From Eledone cirrhosa (lineage: Eukaryota): DNA of 64,000 nt. The stretch lies in contig OZ024742.1 of NCBI GenBank assembly GCA_964016885.1, forward strand, positions 234,794,001 through 234,858,000, written 5' to 3'. Shown here piece by piece: positions 1 to 11,478 of this stretch. The notes beneath the pieces are model-generated. The model searched no databases. It was given only the letters and a program-made list of their open reading frames with translations, and was not told where the DNA came from. Made by a program: the position numbers and the translations under genes. The stretch's first letter is position 1, and each line of letters opens with the position of its first letter.

Positions 1-202
1 TTCTCTTCCTATTTTTTTTTTTTTGTGCCACCATCATCACTATATTCCAGCAACAGCACCACTACATGGTCGCTAGAATCACACCCCACTGTCTTTAGAA
101 AGAAAACGGAAGGACACATTGGAGAATGTAGTTCTAGATTATATCAAACGTGTGGGCCACGATTGGAATGCCTTTGATCGTAAGTCTGCTTGATTAAGGC
201 TA

Positions 203-430
203 AACAACAACAACCCTGAGCACCTTTTTGATCTCCATGTGTCTAACACACGTGGACATGCCTACAAAGTCAGAAAACAGCACAGCTCCCATGACTTTTG
301 GAAACAATTTTTCATGCTTAGAGTTGCTGAAGCATGGAACAAACTGCCTGTGTCAGTTGTTAGCTGCCGAGACACTGCATCCTTTAAGACACTCATGCTT
401 CCCGAAATACGCCAAAACTACACCTGATGT
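203..430 (+). mobile_element. CR1-clade LINE 3' ORF fragment (near-identical to 4490-4716)
   Basis: Translates NNNPEHLFDLHVSNTRGHAYKVRKQHS...FFMLRVAEAWNKLP, the CR1 TRGH...FF..RV...WN.LP C-terminus. Same sequence as the copy at about 4490-4716. Confidence 0.85.
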
Positions 431-730
431 AATCCATCTGACTGGCGTGTTCCCCTGATCTATAGGGGATCAAGTGATGGTCTCGTTTTTTGAAGTTTGT
501 GTTACAGATAGTTAGGTTATTAGCCTCACAGAATTGCAGGATTCTGAAGCCTTCCTCATTTCTTGTACCAAACCCATAGCCTCCGTGATTCCGTCATAGC
601 CATCACAATGTTGTCCGACATGACCATTTAGGTCACCAGTAATAATTATGTAGTCACTGTCGGTTATTTGGGAGGTAGTGAGCATTAGCGACTCATAGAA
701 TCTGTCTTTTATAACACCAGGTAGTCCAGA
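431..730 (-). mobile_element. RTE LINE apurinic-endonuclease domain fragment
   Basis: Minus strand gives IIITGDLNGHVGQHCDGYDGITEAMGLV...NLTICNTNFKK, the EEP-domain GD.NGHVG and NT.F.K motifs. Confidence 0.75.
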
Positions 731-759
731 TATATATATATATATATATCCATATGTGA

Positions 760-915
760 AGAGGCATGGGCTTAGTGGTTAGAGTATTGGGCTTGAAATC
801 GGGAGGTTGTGAATTTGATTCTCAGATCAGGTGATGCATCATGTTCTTGAGCAAGACAATTTATTTCACGTTGCTCATTTTATTCAGCTGTAGAAATGTG
901 TTGCGATGTCACTGC
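760..915 (+). mobile_element. tRNA-derived SINE (CORE-like body)
   Basis: A-box-like GGCTTAGTGGTTAGAG and B-box-like GAATTTGATTC, followed by TTCTTGAGCAAGACAATTTATTTCAC. Related minus-strand copies lie near 20790-20960 and 56860-56985. Confidence 0.6.
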
Positions 916-3900
916 CCTTCCTAATGCCAACTTCATTTAGTTCAGAATGATTTTTGTCATGACGTCTACACTACCACTTTACAGTGTGGGCTGGGTGCTT
1001 TTTGTCATGACACCTACACGACCATTTTACAGTGTGGACTAGGTACTTTTTGTTGTGACACCTACATGACCACGTTACAGTGTGTGCTAGGAGCTTTTTG
1101 TTGTGACACCTACACGACCACTTTACAGGGTGGGTTGGGCATTTTTTGCCATATCACCATCACAACCACTTTATAGTGTGGGCTGGGGGCTTCACTGGAT
1201 ATATACTTCAGCCTGTCCTCATGAAAGATGTATGGGAAAGTGGGGTGAGGGTGGTGCATATATGTGTATGCTTTAGCTTCAGCCTGTGCCCATGGGAAAG
1301 CAAGTCTTCTGTATTACTGCATAATGCCAGACATCTCAGTCCTTTGTCATCACCTTTGAGAAGTGCAATTATGCAAGGTCAGCTTTTATCACCTCATCCT
1401 AAGTGTTCCTGGGTCTCCCCATTCCATGGCTTCCATCGACTTTGAACGCTCTTCACCTTTTTATACAGTTGTCATCCTTCATACACATCACATGTCCATA
1501 CCAATGCAGTTGCCTCTCCTGCACACTGCATCTGATTCCTAGTTTCTTTCTCAATTCCTGCCATTCATGTAAGTTACTATTAAATATCTAGCGGAGCATG
1601 CAAGCTTCATTTCTTTCCAATCTATGCAAGGCTTCTGCATACAGCACCCAGGACTCACTACCATACAACATTGCAGTTTGCCTTTCATTTTGAGGGAAAA
1701 GCCTTTTGCAGCTAGCAGTGGTAGTAGCCCCCAGAAATTCTTCCATCCCATTCTCACTCTGTTTTCTCCTTTACTTACTAGGACCTTAGTATTTGTCAAG
1801 TTGGCTTTAAGACCCTTCTTTCTAGGCCCTGCCTCCATGTTTGGAATTCCTTCTCTAGTTCTACCATAGATTCCGCTATGAGTATAAGATCATCCGCAAA
1901 CAGAAGTTCTCATGAGCAGCTGGTCTTAAACTCCTCTGTTATAGTCTGCAGTATGATGATAAACAGGAGAGGGCTAAGAACAGAGCCCTGGTGGATGTTA
2001 ACCTGTATGCTAAATTCCTCGCTATAGTCATTGTTAATCCTAACTTTGCTGGCTGCTCCTCTATACATAGCTTGTACAGCCTTCACAAGCCACTCATCTA
2101 CTCCTAGTTTTCTAAGAGCCCACCAGATTATGGCACGGGGCATTCTGTCAAAAGCTTTCTCCAGACCAACAAATGCCGGGTAAAGAGTGCATCTGTGCTG
2201 CCTTTGCCTGGTACAAATCCGAACTGCATCTCATCCAAATTTACCCAGTCCCTAATCAGCTGTGCTATAACTCTTTCTGTTACTTTCATGACCTGGTCCA
2301 TAAGCTTGATGCTTCTACAGCTTCCTTTATCTAGTGCATCTCCTTTACCCTTGTAGCAGTTGACAATGATGCTGCAGCACCAATCATTTTGTATGACACC
2401 ATCTAGTATTACTTTGTTTACAATACGTGTGGTTAAGGTGTGACCTACCGACCCAGATGCTTTCAGCATTTCCACAACTATTCCCGATGGATCGGCTGCT
2501 TTCTTGGTCTTCATATCCTTAATTACCTTACTTACTACACTGCTGCTGACTTGTGCAACTGGGCCCTCTGTAGGGGCCTCTTGAGGTGTGAGGTAGATTC
2601 TCTTTCTCACATGCATTCTCTTCTTTCAGTAATCTTTCATAATGGCTCTTCCATGCAGCTTTCTTTCCAGCATCTGTAAAGGCAAGTGTGCCTTTATCAT
2701 TCTGGACACACTTCTCACCAATGACTTCACAATTTTCCCTAAAGCACTGCCTTGAAATCCTAAAGACCTCATGTTTCTGGTCTTCACACTGGAAAACATG
2801 CTTGAATTTTTTGTCCTCTGCTTCCCTCCTTGCTAAGTATACTTGTTGTTCAGCGCTTCCCTCCTGGCCTCTATGTAGTGTACCCTGCTTCCCCCGTTCT
2901 TTTTTTTCCATGCCTGTCTCTTGGCCTTAATTGTCAAACCTACCTTATTGTCCCACCACCAAGTCACTCTTCTCTCTGTATCCCAGTTCCATCTACATAT
3001 CTCATCTGCGCCTTCATAGAATATCTTTCAGAAACTTCCAGTGCTCTTCTATAATGAATGTCTCTATCTGTTCTTCTTTACTGTCATAGGCATCAAGCAA
3101 AATATCTCTAGATCTGTTACTGGCTGAGGGTTCTTTCAACTTCCAAATCTTTCTTCTACAGGTTGCCTTTTGTTTCCAAGCTCGTCTAGCCCTGACAATG
3201 AGGTCGTTGAACTAGGTTATGTTGGGAGGTACATTTCTCGCAAGGGAAGGCTGTTTACTACTGCCCTTCTATCTCATCCCCTGGTAAGGATAAAATCTAT
3301 CTGACTAGCATGCTCCCTAGATCTATAGGTGATCAGGTGGTTGTCGTTTTTTTGAAAGTTTGTGTTACATATCAATAGGTTAATGACGTCCCAGAATTCT
3401 AGGAGCCTGAAACCTTCATCTCTTGCGCCAAACCTGTAGCCTCCATGGACTCAAAAGAAGCCATCCCAGTGTTTCCCAACGTATCCATCAAAGTCCCCTG
3501 CAGTGATTAGGAAGCCATTGTCATTTGTTAGAGTAGTAGTGTGCATTAGGGACTCGTAAAACCTATCCTTGAGTTCATCTGACAATCGAGATTGTGGTGC
3601 GTATGCAGATATAATTGTAGCCATTGTGTTATTCAGGACTAGTCTGTGTTTAGTGATTCTCACGTTCACACTAATCACAGAAATTACCTTAACTACCCAT
3701 TTACCAGCTAATAAAATACTTACTCCACCCACCCTGTTGTCATTCCCACCCATAAAAATTTGTAGCACTGTTTTTTGCTAGGAGTCTAGCTGACTCTCCT
3801 CTCCAGCTAGTCTCTTGCATACATCAATTATTTTTCCTGCTCTAGCATCTCTACGATTTCTCCTGTTCTTCCTTTCATTGAGCTTATGCTGATAGTGCCA

Positions 3901-3960
3901 ATTCAGAATTTTGGGCATCTGCCGTCAATGGTGGATATTTGAGGGGGTGGGTGGGGCTAT
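915..3960 (-). mobile_element. Degenerate near-full-length RTE LINE (EN + RT + 3' UTR with 48-bp repeats)
   Basis: Frameshifted ORF pieces: EN (3451-3768, ISAYAPQ, AGDFDGYVG), linker (2528-2911) and RT (CYKGKGDA, QFGFVPG, HQGSVLSPLLF). The 3' UTR has 4-5 copies of a ~48-bp unit at 970-1190. Confidence 0.9.
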
Positions 3961-4094
3961 GCCTTCTGTATCTGGATTAAAGAAGATTCGAATGGTCACC
4001 TGGGAACGCATGGGTTCATATTATATTCAGGGTTGTCCCATCATTTCAGCTCATCCATGGTTAATGATAAACAAAAATTCTCCAAGGATAGGAA

Positions 4095-4868
4095 AGCTAT
4101 CAAGAAGTCCTCTTGTGAACATGACCTGGGCATTACTGTATGCAACGATTTGCGTTGAACAAAGCACATCTCTAAAATTGTTAAGAAGGCCGAGGGTGTC
4201 TTGGCATCACTCAGCAAGACCTTTGTTAGTCGCTCTCCAGCCATCTATTTAAAGCTGTATACAGCTATAGTACGACCACACTTGGAATTTGCATCATCAG
4301 TCTGGAACCCCTATCTTGCTCAGAACATTGACCTCCTGGAAACTGTTCAGAGACGTGCAACCAAGCGCATACCCTCCATCAGACACCTACCATACTCTGA
4401 ACACCTTGCTTCCCTGGGCATGGATTCATTGAAGCTCCGATGTCTGGCAATGGACTTGGTAAACACCCACAAAGTTATTAACCATCTCGCCAACAACAAC
4501 CCTGAGCACCTTTTTGATCTCCATGTGTCTAACACACGTGGACATGCCTACAAAGTCAGAAAACAGCACAGCTCCCATGACTTTCGGAAACGTTTTTTCA
4601 CGCTTAGAGTTGCTGAAGCATGGAACAAACTGCCTGTGTCAGTTGTTAGCTGCCGAGACACTGCATCCTTTAAAACCATCATGCTTCTCGAAATTCGCCA
4701 AAACTACACCTGATGTCCCCCTTCCATACACATGCACACATGTGTATATCATGACTCATGCACTGTTCATTTTCCTGACATTTGTACATTACCCTATGTA
4801 CTATACATACACTTTTGATGAGTTGTAGTGCACCTGAGCACTGTACACAATATTTTCATTATTTATAA
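4095..4868 (+). mobile_element. CR1-clade LINE, 5'-truncated
   Basis: EHDLGITV...LKLYTAIVRPHLEFASSVWNPY...LETVQRRATKRI...TRGH...WNKLP (ORF 4201-4713), then a short 3' UTR ending in an ATT-rich tail. Confidence 0.9.
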
Positions 4869-5102
4869 TAGCAGTAGTAGCAGCAGTTATTGCCGCGAGT
4901 AATGGGTGAAGGTAATATTTGTGTTGCTGTGGTTTGATTGGTCAATGGTTCTATGTGAGATACGTGATTGAGTTGATTATCGTAGGAAGGATATATGTAT
5001 ATATATATATAATGTAGGAGGTGAGTTTTATTGTAGCACAATAAAGCAATGCAAATATCGGATAAGTAGCACTCTACAGTTTGTAGGACTGGAGTATAAA
5101 TA

Positions 5103-6111
5103 ATATAAGAACAAAAGATGGTTAAAAGAGTTCCAAGTATTTTATTATGCGCATTTCAAAAACAAATATCATCATGGGATATCTGCGTTCTCATCAGATA
5201 AAATATGGATACATGATATGAAGCTTAAAAAACACTTGTGAATAGTGAAGTTTTAAATCGACATATGAAAAATAAATTAAGATTGATGTATGAGATTGGG
5301 AAAGAGTGAGGGGGGGGGGGAGAGGTAAGGAAGAGGAAGAGATGAGAGTAAAGAATGGTAGGGGAGGAGTATAAGAAGGAAGGATGAGAGAGGAGGAGAG
5401 ATGGGTGATAGAGAGAGAGAGATAGCCTTTACAACTGAGAAAAAAATATATATTGTCTCACAGAGAGAAATTAAAAAGCCGTTGGAAGATAATAGATAAT
5501 TTAAAAGAATTTGAAATTAAAAGTTAATGAGGTTTATGCATGAAGAGAAAAAGGAATTAAGAATAATATTAAATTAAGGTTTGTATATTGAAGGGTTTAA
5601 TAATATGTGCGAGGAAAAGAAATTATTAATATGTATTATTAAAATAAACATATTAATGTTATTAAGGATATAATGTGCAAAGAAGGAGAAGAATGAATGA
5701 GTTATGAATTTAGAGGAATTAGTTAGGGTTTAAGTTTGTTTTTATGTAATGTAATATGTGTATGTAATATGTGTACGTAAATAGCTTGTCTAAAAATGAG
5801 CGCAGAAGGCAAAGAAGAAAAGAATGTTTAAGGAAGAAAATAGCTAACATCAAAAAATATATATGTTTACGAAATATTTTCTAATGGTAATAATATAATA
5901 TATTAAAAGAAATTAGTAGAGTTTAAGTTTGTTTTTATGTATTGTAATATGTAAAAGACAAACGAGCATGAAAGGGTGGTGGAAATAAGAGAAATTTAGG
6001 GAAGAAAAAATCTAACGTCAAAAAGATTATGTTTACGAAGGACTTCTAATGGTAATACTATAATGTATTAAAAAATTAATAATTTTTATGGCCAATGATA
6101 TGAGGAAAGAT
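5103..6111. repeat. Left arm of ~1 kb inverted repeat (pairs with 7823-8817)
   Basis: For example, 5112 CAAAAGATGGTTAAAAGAGTTCCAAGTATTTTATTATGCGC is the reverse complement of 8768-8808, and 6101 TGAGGAAAGAT pairs with 7823 ATCTTTCCTCA. Confidence 0.95.
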
Positions 6112-6369
6112 GGAAGAATGGATAATGTTGTGGTGAGTAATAATAAGAATTGAGAAGTAGTTAGGAAGAAAAGGTACAGATTAGAGGTAAGAAATTAAAA
6201 AGAAAATAGGAAGAAAAGAAAATGATAAAGAGGAATGACATAGAATGAGTAAATTGTATTATATAATGTATAATAAATAATATTGAAATAAGGTAGAAAG
6301 ATGGGTATATTTGTAAAAGATATATAAGCCTTTGAGAAAAAGGATTTTAAACAAGTAAGGTATTAGATA

Positions 6370-7823
6370 TTAGCTGTATACGTTATGGAATGTTCTGTGG
6401 AATTTATGCAAGCAGAGAGAAAATAAATCCGTGTGTCTATTTATTATAGAATTGAAATTAGATATAATGGTAAATTTCTCAGCTAGGCAGAGATTACATG
6501 TTCTAGATAGGGAGGAATTCAAGTAAGGAAAGGCAGAACAAACTTTTCTCCAAGAGATGTTATAGTTAATATTTTTGTCTTTCAAGGACCATATGAGTTC
6601 CGAGAGTGCCGTGTTAGTTCTTTTAAGTTGGTATCTAAAAGACGAATTGTGATTATAAATCTAGCTTTGAAGGAGGTGGAGGTGGAATCAAAATAGGTAA
6701 AGGAATTGGTATCAGTTATAACCTTACATTCATAGACTAAGTTTTTATCAAGACAATGGTTATTAAGAGGACATTTAGTTCTAACAGGGCAATTACAATT
6801 ACGATTAGAGAAATTAACAGAGTTATTAATAAGTGACCTAGTGTTATTTATAGGAGGAATTGGATTGGAGAAGTTATTTACGATAGGAATAATAGTTTCC
6901 TGATTTAGATTGGTATTAAGAACATTCAACGAAGTTACGTTTCACGTCGTATTTAAGTTTACAGAATCTAGCCTAGAGTTAACAATGACGTCGGGAGTAC
7001 TACTACTATTATTATGACGCTCAATGTTGGAAGGATGTGATTTAATATTTAATATTTTATTGTTGTGTTTAGAGATAATATTAGAGATGTTGGAAGAGGT
7101 GGAATAAGAAAATTTTATTGTATGTTTGTTAAAGATTTTACTATAGATGTGTGAGAGAGGGAAGCATTTATCTAAAGCCCTAAAGAATAGTTTAGGAATA
7201 TTATTATTAATAGAAATAGAGAAAGGAGCATTATACCAGATTATATTTTTGTATCTAGGTCTTTTATTTAAGTTATTGGAATGTTCATAATTAATTATTT
7301 TGCTGTAAGACCTTCTAGGATTGGTTTCTTTACTGTATTTAATTTTATCAGGATAACCGGCTTTAGAAAGCGCATTATTATAGTAATTGGCGTTAGCATC
7401 GAAGATATCTTTATTAGAGGATAGGTTTGATATTCTTTTTCCAATATTACTGACTATAGCATCTTTAATGTTAGTGGGGTGGTTAGATTTAAAATTAACA
7501 TAATTTAGATTCTCATTGTTTTTATGGTAAGGGTAATATAGGCCAGTGTCAAGATTAAGGCATTTATCCAAGAAGTTAGCTAGTTTGACGTTGTTATCAA
7601 ATTCAATTTTAAGGTTATGTTGTTTAAAGAGATCACGTATATTGTTCTTAATAATATTAAGGTTAACTAAGTTGCAATTTAAGATAGTAAAAAGTCCATC
7701 GTCACGATAAATTCCACCGCGAAGTTGAGGAATTTTCCGAATTAAAGAATTCAAAATAAAAATACCAATCAAATCAGTCAATTGCGATGAATCGGAAGCA
7801 CCCATTGTAATATCACAGTTCAA
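6370..7823 (-). pseudogene. PLE reverse transcriptase / GIY-YIG ORF remnant
   Basis: Three ORF pieces join through an in-frame TGA at 6942-6944 and a 1-bp frameshift near 6657. Restoring the frame gives FKARFYNHNSSFRYQLKRTNTALSELIWSLKDKNINYNISW. Confidence 0.85.
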
Positions 7824-8810
7824 TCTTTCCTCATATCATTGGCCATAAAAATTATTAATTTTTTAATACATTATAGTATTACCATTAGAAGTCCTTCGTA
7901 AACATATAATTTTTTTGACGTTAGATTTTTTCTTCCTTAAATTTCTCTTATTTCCACCATCCTTTCATGCTCGTTTGTCTTTTACATATTACAATACATA
8001 AAAACAAACTTAAACCCTACTAATTTCTTTTAATATATTATATTATTACCATTAGAAAATATTTCGTAAACATATATATCTTTTGATGTTAGCTATTTTC
8101 TTCCTTAAACATTCTTTTCTTCTTTGCCTTCTGCGCTCATTTTTAAACAAGCTATTTACGTACATATATTACGTACATTACATAAAAACAAACTTAAACC
8201 CTAACTAATTCCTCTAAATTCATAATTCATTCATTCTTCTCCTTCTTTTCACATTATATCCTTAATAACATTAATATTTTTATTTTAATAATACATATTA
8301 ATAATTTCTTTTCCTCGCACATATTATTAAACCCTTCAATATACAAACCTTAATTTAATATTATTCTTAATTCCTTTTTCTCTTCATGCATAAACCTCAT
8401 TAACTTTTAATTTCAAATTCTTTTAAATTATCTATTATCTTCCAACGGCTTTTTAATTTCTCTCTGTGAGACAATATATATTTTTTTTCTCAGTTGTAAA
8501 GGCTATCTCTCTCTCTCTATCACCCATCTCTCCTCCTCTCTCCTCCTTCCTTCTTATACTCCTCCCCTACCATTCTTTACTCTCATCTCTTCCTTACCCC
8601 CCCCCCCCTCACTTTTTCCAATCTCATACATCAATCTTAATTTATTTTTCATATGTTGATTTCAAACTTCACTATTCACAAGTGTTTTTTAAGCTTCATA
8701 TCATGTATCCCTATTTTATCTGATGAGAACGCAGAAATCATCCCATGATGATATTTGTTTTTAAAATGCGCATAATAAAATACTTGGAACTCTTTTAACC
8801 ATCTTTTGAT

Positions 8811-8817
<7 letters not shown>
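7823..8817. repeat. Right arm of ~1 kb inverted repeat (inverted pseudo-LTR)
   Basis: Reverse complement of 5103-6111 with few substitutions or indels. Confidence 0.95.
8712..8782 (+). ncRNA. Candidate degenerate hammerhead-ribozyme motif in the PLE arm
   Basis: CTGATGA (8720-8726), 7 nt, GAAA, stem TCATC/GATGA with CCAT loop, then TA. Stem I is not contiguous. A mirror copy at about 5138-5205 has a small deletion in GAAA/stem III. Confidence 0.4.
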
Positions 8818-8874
<57 letters not shown>

Positions 8875-8880
8875 TACATA
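8814..8880. repeat. (TA)n microsatellite
   Basis: Direct reading. Confidence 0.95.
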
Positions 8881-10503
8881 CACGAATTTGTGAGTCAAGT
8901 ATGATGGCAGCGAAAAACGATTTAGAGGTCGGTGTTACGTGCGTCCATAATGAATAAAACAAACAAGAACGAAGTGAGCGGAAATCTAACGATTTCGACA
9001 CGCTATGGGGGTAAACGCGAAGAATGAGAGAGATAAACAGAGGAGGGGTGGGGGTGATTGAGTTGAGTAATTATCGTATGAAGAATATATATATACATGA
9101 ATTTGTGACTAGAGTATGATGGATATACCTGGATTTGCGTGGAAGAAAAGATTTGAAAATCGAAAACTATGGATGGCAGCGAAAAATGATTTAGAAATCG
9201 GTGTTACGTACGCCTATAAAATCTAAAATGTTCAGTAAATGAAAGCATTAACGAATAGATCCATAAAGAAAAGGTTTAGAAAAAGCTGGATTCATTTTTA
9301 AAATTTAAATTTTATCATCGTAATCTACATTACGGAGGGTCGTATCTCTGAAAAATTCCATTACAAAATATGTATTAAGAAAGTTACGAGGAAAGTTAGC
9401 GGGGGTTGGGCACTAAACCGCCAATTAAGTTTCAATTTTTTTTCTTTCACTTTCATGACACTCCGAACGAAACGGTACAGTTAATCGCACCCACTGGTTT
9501 TGTGGTCATAGTAACGGTTTTTCTATCTGATATAATGGAAGAGCTCTCGGGTTCCCCTCATTACTTTGATGCACAAAATAAACATCATGTTGATGGAAGG
9601 AAAATTTGCCTCTAGAAATTTGATCTTATATAATAGTTGCAAAACTAAATACATTATAATCACTGTTAACCGCTTCTCACGATTAGTGGGCCACATACTT
9701 GTTTAATGTTATTAATTTGTTGTTATTTTTTTATAGAAAAAGGTTTCACATGATGGAGTAGACTCTACACTTTAGTGAGACGGATCAATCACTATATTGA
9801 TGTTTGAATGTATTTGTATATCATAGAATTATAAACGGCTTCTAAGTTATAAAGTATAATTGTTTCTACTTTAGGCACAAGGCCAGCAATTATCCAGTGC
9901 ATTACTGGTACTTTATTTTATAGACCCCGTAGGAACAAGGAAACTTCTTGTGATCACTCAACAGTTATGTTCTTCAAATGATAATAAAGTTAAGATCTAC
10001 ATAACTTTAAAAAGTCATGATGGTCCCAACTTAAGATCTCTTGACCACAGATCTTCGCAATCAGGGCTCACCACATAGATTTATAGGAATAGGAATGAGA
10101 TAATGTGTCTTTCATGATTTGATAAAGATCTTTTGGTGGAGCCAGTGGAGAACTCGAAACCGGCCACCAATTCATCTGACCAGGGCTAGTGGTGATTGCT
10201 TGAAAAATAACCTGACTTAGAAGAAATATCGTAATATCACGTAAGTATAAGTTCAGACAAACTTTCAATCGTCTATATTAGTATTCTGCCAATTTTCTTC
10301 ATTACATTAACCCGCCCTTTTTTTTTGGGGGGGGGGGTAAAATCTTCAAGTTATTAGTGCTAGTAGGCTTCGAAACCACAGTAATAGGATTGCAGATATA
10401 AAATGTTATCATCGAATCAGAACCAATCAATCAAACAATAATTGACTATTCCGGACTATTTCTTTTGGTAAGTGTTCTTGTATAAAGTCACAACGAGAAT
10501 ATA

Positions 10504-11478
10504 ATGGAAGAAATTGAACGGATTTTTTGTTCAGTGATGGAGGCAAAGAAATATCGCAAGTTGTTCGTTGGAGGCTTGAGTCGAGAAACAAATGAAATTT
10601 CGTTGAAGACTTACTTTGAACAATGGGGTAAAGTGGTTGACTGCGTTGTTGTTAGAAATCCAGCAACAGGTGTGTCAAAAGGTTTCAGCTTTCTTGTGTT
10701 TAAGGAAGCTTCAACTATAGATGAAATTCAATCCAACCGCCCTCACATAATAGATAATCGTTGTGTCGAAACTAGGAGAGCAATGCCCTATTATAAGAAT
10801 CCCGGTGAACTACGAAACATCATGGAAATTTATGTTGGAAGATTTAGCAAATACTGTCGCGAAGAAGATATTATGAATGGTTTTTCCATCTACGGTAGGG
10901 TAAAAAAACTGGAGTGGGTTATAAATAATGTTCGTAAATATAACGGTTTTGTTTTTCTGTGCTTTGATGATATTGACTCAGTGGACAAATGTGTTTTGCA
11001 CAGTAGAATTCGAATAAACGGAAGGCAAGTTACTGTCACCCGAGCGACAAGGCATAAGATGCATTCTGAACAAAACCCACCCAAACGTCCTATGGCCCTT
11101 CCTTCGACTTTTCTTCATCCTTATTACCAGCCGTATGTTTCATATAATTTGTGTTCCTCTACGAATAATGAAGATTTAAATGACCCTAGTTTGCAAAACC
11201 AATCTCAACCAGCAGAGAACTATGTTCAATCCTATCCCCCACCAGTGGGTAACTATATACCCGAAACAGACAGTACACAATCTATTCCTTCTTATCAACC
11301 ATTGTTCTATCCACAAAATTTCTTTTATTTAACTCCTCAAATTCCATTTGCCGCTGAACCATATAATCAATATTATGACTGCAATACTGAGCAGCAAGAA
11401 TATACTGCGAATGGCCATTACAGCATTAACAGGAACAATACTTTTGCAGATGATCCATTAATTAATAGTAGAGCATAA
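10504..11478 (+). CDS. Intronless hnRNP A1/A2-like RNA-binding protein (2 RRMs + P/Q/Y/N-rich tail), probable retrogene
   Basis: Uninterrupted 324-aa ORF. RRM1 has RKLFVGGLS...YFEQWG.VVDCVV.R.P.T..SKGFSF...RPH.ID.R.VE.RRA. RRM2 has IYVG...GFVFLCFDDIDSVDKCVL, matching the hnRNP A1 family DDHDSVDK signature. AATAAA at 11838. Confidence 0.85.
   Translation: MEEIERIFCSVMEAKKYRKLFVGGLSRETNEISLKTYFEQWGKVVDCVVVRNPATGVSKGFSFLVFKEASTIDEIQSNRPHIIDNRCVETRRAMPYYKNPGELRNIMEIYVGRFSKYCREEDIMNGFSIYGRVKKLEWVINNVRKYNGFVFLCFDDIDSVDKCVLHSRIRINGRQVTVTRATRHKMHSEQNPPKRPMALPSTFLHPYYQPYVSYNLCSSTNNEDLNDPSLQNQSQPAENYVQSYPPPVGNYIPETDSTQSIPSYQPLFYPQNFFYLTPQIPFAAEPYNQYYDCNTEQQEYTANGHYSINRNNTFADDPLINSRA

Larger units (their letters stand above)
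5011..8813 (-). mobile_element. Penelope-like retroelement (Naiad-like, C-terminal GIY-YIG), 5'-truncated with an inverted arm
   Basis: Minus-strand RT C-half (ITMGA...GIYRDDGL, FLD, SNHP, IIWYNAPFS) at 7823-6945, followed by a CNCxxxxxCPLxxxCL linker and GIY-YIG endonuclease (LVYECKV...YFDST.TSFKARF, CNLCLAEK) to 6370. 5103-6111 and 7823-8817 are inverted copies. (TA)n lies on both flanks. Confidence 0.9.

Noticed and set aside
760-830. tRNA gene (also SINE heads at 22593 and 34045)
   Set aside because: A/B boxes are present but there is no complete cloverleaf; these are tRNA-derived SINE heads.
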